Under the pieces are notes generated by a model that searched no databases, was not told the origin of the DNA, and was given only the letters and a program-made list of their open reading frames with translations. A program made the position numbers and the translations under genes. This document shows, one piece after another, positions 16,323 to 25,397 of a DNA stretch of 64,000 bases. Within the stretch, counting starts at the first letter, position 1; every line of letters starts with the position of its first letter. This DNA is from a virus (taxonomy: Duplodnaviria; Caudoviricetes), in the IMG/VR virus record IMGVR_UViG_3300028581_000010; one strand, 5' to 3'.

Positions 16323-16868
16323 CTACAACTCCAAAAGTGGCGTGGTCGCATTGACCGTCTCGAGGATCGAGTCGATCAGGTGTGGCTCGCGCCGGAAGTT
16401 TGTGACTTTTTGATCCCGGACTTGCGGATCAAAGTAGCGACGAACCTTCACGGTTGCAGACCCTCCAGTCGATGTGGGCACGGTCTTGTCTTTCAGGTTC
16501 CTGTCGTTCAGGAGACCCCAAGCGAGCTGCTCATGGTTGGCAAGATCCCGCCGGCGCAACACCCAAGCGGCGATCGTCTTCTCGACTGTTCGTGATGGCT
16601 CGATTTCAATCGTAACCTTTGTCTCCAGATTTGTCTTTTGGATACGCAAGGACAGCTCTTCGATCTTTGAGAGCTTGTCATGGATGGCTTGGAGCCAGCC
16701 TTCCACGGTTTTGCGCTGAGTCACCTCATCTGTGTAAACAGGTGCCTCGTTGTCCAGATCAGCCGCATGCGCGTTGATCTTTGCTTTGAGCTCCTCGATG
16801 TCTGCAAGGAGCAACTTCCGCTGCTTCATTGCCTGAATTAACGTCAGGCTCGCTTTGTTCTCGGTCAT
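16323..16868 (-). CDS. DIP1984/DUF6847-like coiled-coil protein
   Basis: Pattern L.QAMKQRK.L...I..L...I / RIQKTN..T.V / RRRDL / VRRYFD / ID..LETVNATT.L matches the family as I recall it. Confidence 0.65.
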   Translation of the reverse strand: MTENKASLTLIQAMKQRKLLLADIEELKAKINAHAADLDNEAPVYTDEVTQRKTVEGWLQAIHDKLSKIEELSLRIQKTNLETKVTIEIEPSRTVEKTIAAWVLRRRDLANHEQLAWGLLNDRNLKDKTVPTSTGGSATVKVRRYFDPQVRDQKVTNFRREPHLIDSILETVNATTPLLEL

Positions 16869-16897
16869 AAACCTTTAGTGGGTTTGTCTTAAAGGGT

Positions 16898-17111
16898 GTG
16901 GAGGGAATTCCCGGAAAAGGGCCGGGTGCCAGCCTTACGGTACTGGCCCTCCACATTTTACGCACTGCAACAGAAGAGTCTCTCCTACAGTACTCGCCTG
17001 AGCCTAGGGTCAAATTTTACTCATCCGGCTCCAGCTAGAAAGGGTGGACGCTGAATCTGGGGCGACAAGGGTCAGGAATCAGCCGGCACTTGCCGACAGT
17101 GAACAACGTCC
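16898..17111 (-). promoter_or_regulatory. Long structured leader or ncRNA upstream of the DIP1984-like gene
   Basis: GGACGTTG/CAGCGTCC, GAGCC/GGCTC, and a GTGGAGGG/CCCTCCAC three-way junction; extended -10 TGGTATAAT at 17145-17153. Confidence 0.5.
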
Positions 17112-17171
17112 ATATGTGTGAACGCGAAAGCGCTCTATCAATGTATTATACCAAAAAAGGCACCTTTAAGC

Positions 17172-17639
17172 TCACTGTGGAAGCTGTTTTTGTACCTCTT
17201 TGGAAAGGAGCTGGCCTGGTATATTTCCACCGGACATTTCCTTGGCGAGCTTCATCACATCGCCCATCTGTTTGCGTGAAGTAGCCTCGAGCTTCGATAT
17301 TGCCTGAGAGACGATTGTCTCGATCTCTCCCTCGGTTGGGACCGGAGGCATGTAGGCAGCGAGCATAACCTTCTCCATTCCCTCCTTGGCGGCCCGTGCC
17401 GTTTCTCCGACTTTTACATAGGAGTCGATGGAGTCCTGTCTCTTCTTGCACTCCTTGGCGACCACCTGTAAAAACTCGGTCTGGTCGAGCTCGTGGCGCA
17501 GTTCGATAGCCTTGTTTACCATCGCGCTCTTGAGCATGCGCAATACGTCGCGCTTCATACGGTCGCCAGTCATCATGGCAACCTTGATATCCTCGTCGAT
17601 TTTTTGTGAGGGTAGCATATTGTTAGCAGGGTTGAACAA
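17172..17639 (-). CDS. GatB/YqeY domain protein
   Basis: IKVAM...RDVLRMLKSA...KECKKRQDSI..Y...YMP...EIETIV...KQMGDVMK. Confidence 0.85.
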   Translation of the reverse strand: MFNPANNMLPSQKIDEDIKVAMMTGDRMKRDVLRMLKSAMVNKAIELRHELDQTEFLQVVAKECKKRQDSIDSYVKVGETARAAKEGMEKVMLAAYMPPVPTEGEIETIVSQAISKLEATSRKQMGDVMKLAKEMSGGNIPGQLLSKEVQKQLPQ

Positions 17640-17820
17640 TCAGCTGGTTGTGGTTGAATTCAGGGCAAGTTGCTTCCGCAGCAGTTTGCTCCAGTGGTTT
17701 GTCCGAAGGCTGCCCAGCTAGCCTTCTCGTCTCTGAGCGCTCGCACTCGATCATACACCCACATTGGGGGCATTCGCCGCGCATCTTCTGTCGTGTGTTT
17801 CCGTTTTTTAAGATTTGCAT
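17623..17820 (-). CDS. Small Zn-ribbon-like hypothetical protein
   Basis: CPQCGC...CPE motif; overlaps the YqeY start. Confidence 0.45.
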   Translation of the reverse strand: MQILKNGNTRQKMRGECPQCGCMIECERSETRRLAGQPSDKPLEQTAAEATCPEFNHNQLIVQPC

Positions 17821-17989
17821 GTTGGTTGTATTTAGTTAAAGAAAAGGCTATGAACACCTTCTTCATAGTATTATACCAATTTTACAGAGTGGCTGCTGGC
17901 TAAGAAAAAGTGGCCGTCCAGGATCCTTGTGCAGGCCGAGTTACCATCATTTTCTTCCAACCGTATACAGCGGCTGGTCTGGTTAATTG

Positions 17990-18298
17990 TTAGAGCTCCT
18001 CGTCCGCCAGGAAGGTGTCGAGTGTGGCCGCCATGCGGCCGGTGGCGTTAGCCGAGCACTGGAGATAGTGCTGGGCTGCACGGAGCACATTGTTGACAAT
18101 GCGGCGGTGGCGCGCCAGAAGGGCGAGAAACCGCGGAGCCAGTTCCATGACGAGGGCGTGCACGTCCTCGCGGAGTGCCTTATCCTCTTCGATGGTTGGC
18201 TCGAGTGGTTTGGTAACCGCCTCGAACCGTTCCACTTCCTCGACAATAATGCCTTTGCAGCTTTCGAGAAGGCCAATGACCTTTTGATTTGTTGACAT
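17990..18298 (-). CDS. Hypothetical helical protein
   Basis: 102-aa ORF with an A-rich leader. Confidence 0.55.
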   Translation of the reverse strand: MSTNQKVIGLLESCKGIIVEEVERFEAVTKPLEPTIEEDKALREDVHALVMELAPRFLALLARHRRIVNNVLRAAQHYLQCSANATGRMAATLDTFLADEEL

Positions 18299-18361
18299 GG
18301 TATTTGTATTTTCTTTGCCAAGAGCACAACGCCCTCAGCAATAGATTATACCTCAAATACC

Positions 18362-19039
18362 TTAAATCGTGGCAGGGGGTTCCTGCTCTAGAGAAGGATG
18401 ACGAGAAACAGTGCTTGCTCGGTTGGGCCAAGTGCGTTCGATATCTGAACGGCTTAGACCACCAGTACCCGAAGCCTGCGTCTCGGGGTGAGAAGAATAC
18501 ACGGAGTATTCTACGGAAAATGGAACGGTCTTTAGCACCGTCGTATAGGTTCTGCGACCCATGTTGGCTCCAAACTTACTGCGAGCAACAATATCCATAT
18601 AATATGTGCCCGCTGGCCATGTTGCAGTAGCGTCGGCCGGAATCCAGATCTCGTAGTAGCCTGGGCGCCCTGGCTGCACATATAGCCCCACGTTGAGCTC
18701 AGCCGACCATGTCTTGGTCAGACTACGTACGCTAGGCTTGACGACTACCACAATCTCAAAATCTTCTGTAGTAATAGGAGCGCCGAAGTCATACAGAAAG
18801 GCCTCGAATACGAAGTCTTCACCCTGGTAGAACAATGGTGGCTCCTCCGGGCCTGATTCGAATGGCGAGCCGGGAATACCAAACTTGGTAAGCGGATTGT
18901 CTCCTATTATTGCTCTACCGCTGTGCTTGGCAACGACCATAGTCTGAAGCGTCTGCATATTGCCATTTACCAAAATCTCGGGTAAAGGGGCAGACTCTCC
19001 GCTTTGTGTCAGGCTATGGATATTAATGTCGTTGCTCAT
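18362..19039 (-). CDS. Hypothetical, probably virion (beta-rich) protein
   Basis: Position at the end of the baseplate/fibre cluster; leaderless promoter TTGGTT-N17-TACAAT, ATG 6 nt later. Confidence 0.6.
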   Translation of the reverse strand: MSNDINIHSLTQSGESAPLPEILVNGNMQTLQTMVVAKHSGRAIIGDNPLTKFGIPGSPFESGPEEPPLFYQGEDFVFEAFLYDFGAPITTEDFEIVVVVKPSVRSLTKTWSAELNVGLYVQPGRPGYYEIWIPADATATWPAGTYYMDIVARSKFGANMGRRTYTTVLKTVPFSVEYSVYSSHPETQASGTGGLSRSDIERTWPNRASTVSRHPSLEQEPPATI

Positions 19040-19059
19040 CTTTCTATTGTATCAAGCCG

Positions 19060-19383
19060 TTACGTACAAACCAATTCTAATTTATTGCCAGGCTTGCGTA
19101 CATAGTAGCAGAGCTCGTCGAGCCCAAGCACGCGTTTCATATCTAGAAAGTCCTGGTTGCTGAGCGAGGACAGAATGTTCTCGATCACTTGCTTGTTGGC
19201 GTCTGTGACCGCAAAGTTGTACTTCGACCCACAGTTGCAGTTCTTCTTGGGGGCAGCACTCGTGCCCATGTCTCTAAGCGGGGCGAATCTTGGAAGCCCC
19301 ATCAATGCATCATTTCCTTTAGCCACGTTGATCACTTGATTAACGCTGGTCAATACTAGTCTTTTTTTAGGTGTCTCAGGCAT
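19060..19383 (-). CDS. Hypothetical protein
   Basis: 107-aa ORF coupled to the upstream gene. Confidence 0.6.
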   Translation of the reverse strand: MPETPKKRLVLTSVNQVINVAKGNDALMGLPRFAPLRDMGTSAAPKKNCNCGSKYNFAVTDANKQVIENILSSLSNQDFLDMKRVLGLDELCYYVRKPGNKLELVCT

Positions 19384-20260
19384 TTACTTCTGGTGTTAGG
19401 TTTACAGGTGAGCATAAATCAGTCTGCAGGAATGTCAAGCCTACAAACAGCGTATGCAGATTGGAGTTCTCCAAACTGGCCCCTGCGTCGTATTGATCGT
19501 ATTGTGCAGGTTCCACTGTTATACCGTCAATTATATTAATATTCGTGCCGGCTACAAGCGAAAACTTGTTGTCAGCGGCAGGAGGTATGCCGTTAATGTA
19601 GGATACGATCTGGGCACAGTCCTTTAGCGCGTCTGCTATGAACGAGGTAGTACAACTTAGCTTCAAACCCAAGCCGGCTGCAGCCTGTAGGTCTATAAGG
19701 TTGCCAGATATACCTATTCTGAAGTTATAACCTGCGCGCACACGCACATTTCCAGTCAGCGGTGGTGTATCAGTAGTTTGTAGCCCCAACATGCTCAATG
19801 TCTTAGGGGCATAACCAACAGAGTCGTACGTTGCGATTGCGGGGGATATATCTATCGAGCTGACGCCCAGCCACTCGTTACAAAACTCAAATACCGTGCA
19901 GGGCTCTACCGGAATAGCGTATGTATAAGTCCCAGCCGTAAACGCCTTGGCCCCCTCTCCGATTACAGCCAGGCTACCGGACTCCAAGCGTATATAGGCA
20001 GGATAGGCCTCCGCGGCGGTATCTGCTATGTGGAACTGGTCTCCGGTAGAAAAGGTCACCACGAGGCTCCTAGGAGCCATAACGGCCACTTCTGTAAGCG
20101 TGGTTGCCTGCGTTAGTGGTGAGGAGCTCACCAGAACCAGGTCTAGTAGGAAATTATCCGGCAGGGCGGTAGCGGGGCTGCTGGTCGACCACTTGCTTGC
20201 CTCCTCTAACAGGGGGTAGCCACGCAGCGCGTTCTCGTTAAGCCATTCTAGTACTTCCAT
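19376..20260 (-). CDS. Baseplate/fibre paralogue 5
   Basis: MEVLEWLNENALRGYPL; SYINGIPPAADNKFSL. Confidence 0.7.
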   Translation of the reverse strand: MEVLEWLNENALRGYPLLEEASKWSTSSPATALPDNFLLDLVLVSSSPLTQATTLTEVAVMAPRSLVVTFSTGDQFHIADTAAEAYPAYIRLESGSLAVIGEGAKAFTAGTYTYAIPVEPCTVFEFCNEWLGVSSIDISPAIATYDSVGYAPKTLSMLGLQTTDTPPLTGNVRVRAGYNFRIGISGNLIDLQAAAGLGLKLSCTTSFIADALKDCAQIVSYINGIPPAADNKFSLVAGTNINIIDGITVEPAQYDQYDAGASLENSNLHTLFVGLTFLQTDLCSPVNLTPEVNA

Positions 20261-20261
20261 A

Positions 20262-20954
20262 TTATGCAGCCAGTGTAGTCGGCAGTAGGTTCGTTGTGGG
20301 GGTTGTTCCACCAACCAAGGACAGCATCAAACCCGCATTGCTGGTGTTGATCACCTTGACTACGTCGTTATCGGCAATAAAGATGTTGTTTTTAACTGGT
20401 TTTACCAAGTTTATCTGTTTTAGCGCATTTACTGCTCTGGAGGCATCGTACCTGTGATTGGATACTGCGTTAAAAGTTATTGAGTTCAGCTCGGTGTTAA
20501 CATTGTAGAACACGCATGTGTCATCCACTGTTCTCGACAGTAGTACATTTCCAAACAACCCGTCAAATGTGTAAACTGCGTCGCCAGATGGTATACTTTT
20601 CACCAGCGTTGGTACGAACGCCGCGTTTACCGGTAGCTGGCGGCCCTGGTATTCATTAAACAGCTGTTGCTTGCTTCCACCAAACACAACGCGCCCCAGA
20701 TAGCGCGTGCCATCATAAAATGTTACATACTTATCTTCTGCGGAGGCTGTGACGATCTGGTCACCTGTATCGAAGGTGATGCACACATCCGCAGAGTCGT
20801 CATACAACGCAAGATAACGTAGCTTGGGTATAAAACCATCAAACTGTATGAACGAAGCGTCGACGATAACACCTGACAAGCCGGTGTCGGAGCTGAATGG
20901 GTAGTTTCTAAGCAGATTCTCATTCTGCCAGGCTAGCGTGGTAAAGGTGGCCAT
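20262..20954 (-). CDS. Baseplate/fibre paralogue 4
   Basis: LAWQNENLLRNYPF; KQINLVKPVKNNIFI. Confidence 0.7.
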   Translation of the reverse strand: MATFTTLAWQNENLLRNYPFSSDTGLSGVIVDASFIQFDGFIPKLRYLALYDDSADVCITFDTGDQIVTASAEDKYVTFYDGTRYLGRVVFGGSKQQLFNEYQGRQLPVNAAFVPTLVKSIPSGDAVYTFDGLFGNVLLSRTVDDTCVFYNVNTELNSITFNAVSNHRYDASRAVNALKQINLVKPVKNNIFIADNDVVKVINTSNAGLMLSLVGGTTPTTNLLPTTLAA

Positions 20955-20955
20955 A

Positions 20956-21903
20956 TTATGGTTTAAATTGGTCCCATAGATTAAACTCAGGAGAGTTAAC
21001 TCCTATGAGAGAGGATGGTGGCGTTGCGGACCTTGAGTAGTATAGCTGTACCTTATCTGCCGACAAGTACGTAGGATTAATTGGAGGTATCAGCTTGCTG
21101 CGTGCGGTGCACAGCGAGTCTAATGTTAAATTCTGCGAAGAGTCGTCCCAACCTACCGTTGAGATGGCCATAACTCCATCGTCCTCGGAGATTCCGCTGA
21201 CGTTTCCTATAAACGTAACCGGTGTAGCGCCGACCAGATAGATATTACCCTCATTCTCCGGAGTTGCATCTGCCGGATATGGTGCCGTGAGGTTGATGGT
21301 CTCGATGATAGGTGTGAGACAGTTGCCGAAGAAGGTAGCGCGATCAGCGTTATTCTCCAAGCCAGAGGTAGAATCAACCTCCAATGCCACTGTGTTTGTA
21401 CTTATGGACTTAAACAGGTTTGTCAACAACCCGTAGCCTGTGAAACCGCGCACAGCGTCGCGTCCATCGGTTATGCTCAAAACGCCAGGTACGGTATAGC
21501 AAAATATACGGCTCTCCTCGACTGGTGTAGATGCGGGGCTAAAGATATATCCGCCCGGCGGAAACAAATCCAATATCGATGCTTTATTGCCAAAGGCTAT
21601 GGCACCATACACATACTTTGTGTAACGCGTCATACCTACGGACCAATTCTCCGCGGAGAAGTCTGTCTGAAATTTACCAAGGCACTGCGTTGCTGAGCTA
21701 ACGGTGACAGCCAACTCCTCGCCGTTATGCCAGAGCTGGCTTACATAAATGCCTAAATTATCGACAGTTGTTGTAATGGATAAGTCTACGATGAAGTCGT
21801 TGGGTAGAACAGTTCCCATGTCTGCTGCAAGGGTCGTGCCTGCCTTAAACGGAAAGCGTCTATACTGGTTCTTGTTGAAAAACTCTAAGGATGTAATGCC
21901 CAT
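20956..21903 (-). CDS. Baseplate/fibre paralogue 3
   Basis: LEFFNKNQYRRFPF; ETINLTAP...EGNIYL. Confidence 0.7.
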   Translation of the reverse strand: MGITSLEFFNKNQYRRFPFKAGTTLAADMGTVLPNDFIVDLSITTTVDNLGIYVSQLWHNGEELAVTVSSATQCLGKFQTDFSAENWSVGMTRYTKYVYGAIAFGNKASILDLFPPGGYIFSPASTPVEESRIFCYTVPGVLSITDGRDAVRGFTGYGLLTNLFKSISTNTVALEVDSTSGLENNADRATFFGNCLTPIIETINLTAPYPADATPENEGNIYLVGATPVTFIGNVSGISEDDGVMAISTVGWDDSSQNLTLDSLCTARSKLIPPINPTYLSADKVQLYYSRSATPPSSLIGVNSPEFNLWDQFKP

Positions 21904-21904
21904 G

Positions 21905-24900
21905 TTACGCTGCCTCAAAAGTTAGTTTACATACACATGAGTCTGATGCTCCTCGTGTATTGATGGCTCTGATTATGAAGGTGAATGACGTTTCCGCTGT
22001 AGTAACCGTTGACCAAGTGCCGGACAACACTCCATCCGCGCTTATCGTTATGCCTGGAGGAGGAGTGCCGATTAGCCCGTATGAAGTAGGGTAGAACGCG
22101 GCTGAAACCCTGCCTATAGTGGCGTACGCGTGGTTCCTTATCAACTCACTTATGACATAAGTTGAACCGCTTTTCGTAGCATTTGTTATGCTTGTTACAA
22201 CCGGTATACCTCCATCCTTAGGGCGCAGCTTGAAGCTGACGGGTGCGGATGCTCCTGCAGAGTTAGAGGCTACCACTACAATGTCGGCCTGCAGTGCGTA
22301 GATGGTCGTCCCATATATTTCACCAGACGGCGCCAGTTTTAAACCTGTAGGCAGTTGTTCACCGGAATCGTCGATTGCAAACGTGGTAGCTGTATCGGCA
22401 GCCTTGCAGGTATCCAATGGTTGAGCAAGGCTGTATTCAGCGCCACGATAGAAGTCGATGTAGACTCCTTCGCCAGGCGAAAGAATTGTCGGCACAACCG
22501 CCTCGACATTTAAAAAGAATAACTGCGAAGAGCTTCCGACAGAGTTTGTTGCGGTAACCACAACGCTATATGTGCCTGCCGAAGCAGTGCTGCCTGTGAT
22601 CCTGCCGTAGGAGTCTATAGTCAAGCCTGTTGGAAGTCCTTCCGCTGTGTAGGCTGCCGCGAACGTGGAGGAGAGTACGGCACAGACAGGCTCGCTTTCA
22701 GGGTACTCTTGAAATGCGGCCAGCGTGATATATAACCCAACCGTAGGATATGTTATGTTAGGCGCCACACCTGCCACAGTCTGTATTGCTGTGGTGTGCT
22801 GGTCCGTGCCTGTATCGTTACTAGCAATGAACGTGCACATATAGGAAGTTAGCTCCTTCACAGTTACAGCGCCAGTTACAGCGCCAGTTACACTGTCGAG
22901 GAGCAGCCCTGGAGGCAGGTTAAGGGCGGTGTAAGCGCTCACATGCGTGCCAGTTACACGCAGCAATGGCTCAGCTTCCGTATAAGTTATATCCAGCAGC
23001 GCAGCCTGGGTCATAGGTGCCTCGATAGTTGGCGGAGTAGCGTGGGCGTAGCGTAGCAACACGTGCACCGTGTCTGAGCGCCAAGGAGACCCATCGTCAA
23101 GCATGGAAGTCGCGGTTAATGTGACAGGTGTATCTTGAATGGGTGCGGTCAGTTTACCCTTGATCCTACCTTCAGTGCTGAGCGTTAGCCCGCAGCTAGG
23201 GTCTAGTGATATGCTGACTTGCGCTTGTGGGTCACTGACGGAGATCGTCAACAATGGGTTTTCGTCGGTGTACTCACGCCCTCCGAATACGGTGATTTCT
23301 TGCCCGTCGACGGGGTTGGTAATTACCGGAGCCGCCATAAAGACTAATTTGTATCTTTTAGGGCGAGAGCTAACATAGCGCGTCTCCTCAAACCGCACCG
23401 AACGGACATCAATGAACATATAGGAAGTGCTTGCCCCAGACACCGCCGTATACCGTCCAGATAGTGTGAGCGATACAGGATTCACATCTGCTGTTTTGGT
23501 TATGAAAGAGGGCATGGCGTTCCCAGCATGTATCTCGATGAGCCCCAGATCGAACGCTTGCCCTGATGCGTCCTTTCCGTCGAACCGATGCCGGGCGTAT
23601 ACGCCATCACGAAATATTAACGCAGGAGGCTCGCCGTCAGGATCTACTGGTTGGTCGTTGAGGTAGACGCTGCCGGGCTTTGGTGCGGTCGGCACAGCTA
23701 GTACTCTTGTAAAGGTCTCAGTACCAAGCTGCACCTCTAAAGACGCTCCGAGTGGCTCCCCGGTTGCCTGCGCCTCCAAAACTATTTCTGAAAATGCGTA
23801 ATCTCGACAACCAAGAATACCGCTTGCCACGTTGTATTGTACTTGCGGGCGGGTGCTGTTGGCATCTGCAAAACGCAACTTAACAGATCCAGGCGTGAAC
23901 GAAGTCCCGCTTGCTGGTGTATATGCTACTACGAACGCAACTGGCGTTCTTCCTGGGTTGTATAATCCGACGGACACCCCCATGAAAGTCGTGTACGCCC
24001 CGCTTTGCGACCATGCCTCACTTGTGTTCGCGACTACCTCAATGTAGGGCTTAGAATTTGCCTCGACCGATAATGTGTTGTACTCGCTGATGGTATGCGC
24101 AAAAGTCGCTCCCACGCCAAAGTCTTCTACTCGGAAGTAGAATGGTCCATCTGCAGTTGTTGCGGCAGGAATACCGTCCAGTATAACTGTTGTAGACTCA
24201 AGCTGTTCCGGAGTATCCGTTACAACTTCCACAATTTTATGCTTTCTAACATCACCTGCAGCGTAGCGTATGAGTAAGTTGCGCCCTTCATGAAAATACT
24301 TGGAAAAGCTCCCATTACATTTTATACCGGAGCGCGCCCAGTCTGCGGGTAGTGTGGCACAAAATGAACTAGCTACAAAGGTAGTTGTTGTGGGAATCGC
24401 TGTGATTAGTCCTCTGGTTTCACTAGCATTCTTAACAAAGTCCACGATATCCTGCAACCCATCTGCAAGCCGGTTCATGTAACCCGCTGTAGCGTTCACA
24501 GCTTCTGGCGGGCACTTCGGCTTACAATTGTTCGAAATTAGTATCGTATTGCTGATGTCCGTAGCGCCTGCGAAGGTATCACCGTTATAAAGAGGAAATA
24601 GATAGTATGGACGCAGCGGGCTTGGATCGGAGCTGTCGTACTCCAGCTTCTTACTATACGTCAGCAACGATAGCGAGTAACAACTGCTGGTGGCCAGATA
24701 TATATGCCCCCGGTCATCAGGGGCCAACTTGTTTATAGAGTATATACCAGTTCTATTAGAGCAGGGGTCGTACAGGCCCAGCCCAAGACCCCGGCCAACA
24801 TACATGCCGATTCCGGCTGAAGGCTCACCTAAAAACTTAGTGTTTGTGCCTCTCGCGATATAGGGGGCGAGAGTATCAGTGCTGGCGTAACTGTGAGCTG

Positions 24901-25378
24901 CCGCATATGTATTATCGGCTTGTACGTTTGAAAATGTAAGGCTTTTTACAACAGGCGCGTAAAGTGCAATAGCTCCCGAGGAGACCTCTGCTTCTTCCTT
25001 AGTATACGTATAATCGAAGGCTGCGCCAGCGCATAGCGTAACTAAACCTGCACCAAAAACGAGCTTAGCACTCAACGCTTCGTTAGAGAACGCGTAGAAC
25101 GCCACATCTTTATTGTTCAGGTGGTCGACGACGTCGGCATGGTTCACCTCGATTGTTGCCAGCGTTGCTGCAGCTAGGCAGTCCTTGAAAGTGATATGCA
25201 ACAGACCGCCGTCGGTGCGTATGCGCTGCATGTAGATGCGCTTTACACTCTTGCTCTTGGGGGCAAGAAGCATGTCTAGAAACCAGCTCTCTTGAATCGG
25301 GTTGGCAGCAACGGCGACAGCATCCTTAAACGGATATGCTATCAAACTGTTGTTCGTAAGATACTCAAGGGCAGCCAT
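21905..25378 (-). CDS. Tail fibre/adhesin (paralogue 2) with C-terminal putative Ig (He_PIG-like) repeats
   Basis: LEYLTNNSLIAYPF; repeats LPPGLLLDSVTGAVTG, LPTGLTIDSYGRITG, LPTGLKLAPSGEIYG, PPPGITISADGVLSG. Confidence 0.75.
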   Translation of the reverse strand: MAALEYLTNNSLIAYPFKDAVAVAANPIQESWFLDMLLAPKSKSVKRIYMQRIRTDGGLLHITFKDCLAAATLATIEVNHADVVDHLNNKDVAFYAFSNEALSAKLVFGAGLVTLCAGAAFDYTYTKEEAEVSSGAIALYAPVVKSLTFSNVQADNTYAAAHSYASTDTLAPYIARGTNTKFLGEPSAGIGMYVGRGLGLGLYDPCSNRTGIYSINKLAPDDRGHIYLATSSCYSLSLLTYSKKLEYDSSDPSPLRPYYLFPLYNGDTFAGATDISNTILISNNCKPKCPPEAVNATAGYMNRLADGLQDIVDFVKNASETRGLITAIPTTTTFVASSFCATLPADWARSGIKCNGSFSKYFHEGRNLLIRYAAGDVRKHKIVEVVTDTPEQLESTTVILDGIPAATTADGPFYFRVEDFGVGATFAHTISEYNTLSVEANSKPYIEVVANTSEAWSQSGAYTTFMGVSVGLYNPGRTPVAFVVAYTPASGTSFTPGSVKLRFADANSTRPQVQYNVASGILGCRDYAFSEIVLEAQATGEPLGASLEVQLGTETFTRVLAVPTAPKPGSVYLNDQPVDPDGEPPALIFRDGVYARHRFDGKDASGQAFDLGLIEIHAGNAMPSFITKTADVNPVSLTLSGRYTAVSGASTSYMFIDVRSVRFEETRYVSSRPKRYKLVFMAAPVITNPVDGQEITVFGGREYTDENPLLTISVSDPQAQVSISLDPSCGLTLSTEGRIKGKLTAPIQDTPVTLTATSMLDDGSPWRSDTVHVLLRYAHATPPTIEAPMTQAALLDITYTEAEPLLRVTGTHVSAYTALNLPPGLLLDSVTGAVTGAVTVKELTSYMCTFIASNDTGTDQHTTAIQTVAGVAPNITYPTVGLYITLAAFQEYPESEPVCAVLSSTFAAAYTAEGLPTGLTIDSYGRITGSTASAGTYSVVVTATNSVGSSSQLFFLNVEAVVPTILSPGEGVYIDFYRGAEYSLAQPLDTCKAADTATTFAIDDSGEQLPTGLKLAPSGEIYGTTIYALQADIVVVASNSAGASAPVSFKLRPKDGGIPVVTSITNATKSGSTYVISELIRNHAYATIGRVSAAFYPTSYGLIGTPPPGITISADGVLSGTWSTVTTAETSFTFIIRAINTRGASDSCVCKLTFEAA

Positions 25379-25397
25379 AACACAATTCTACACCAAC

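Noticed and set aside
17880-17985. Hairpins CCAGCCG/CGGTTGG and GGCC/GGCC as an ncRNA
   Set aside because: Adequately explained as a terminator region (followed by a T-run) ahead of a promoter.
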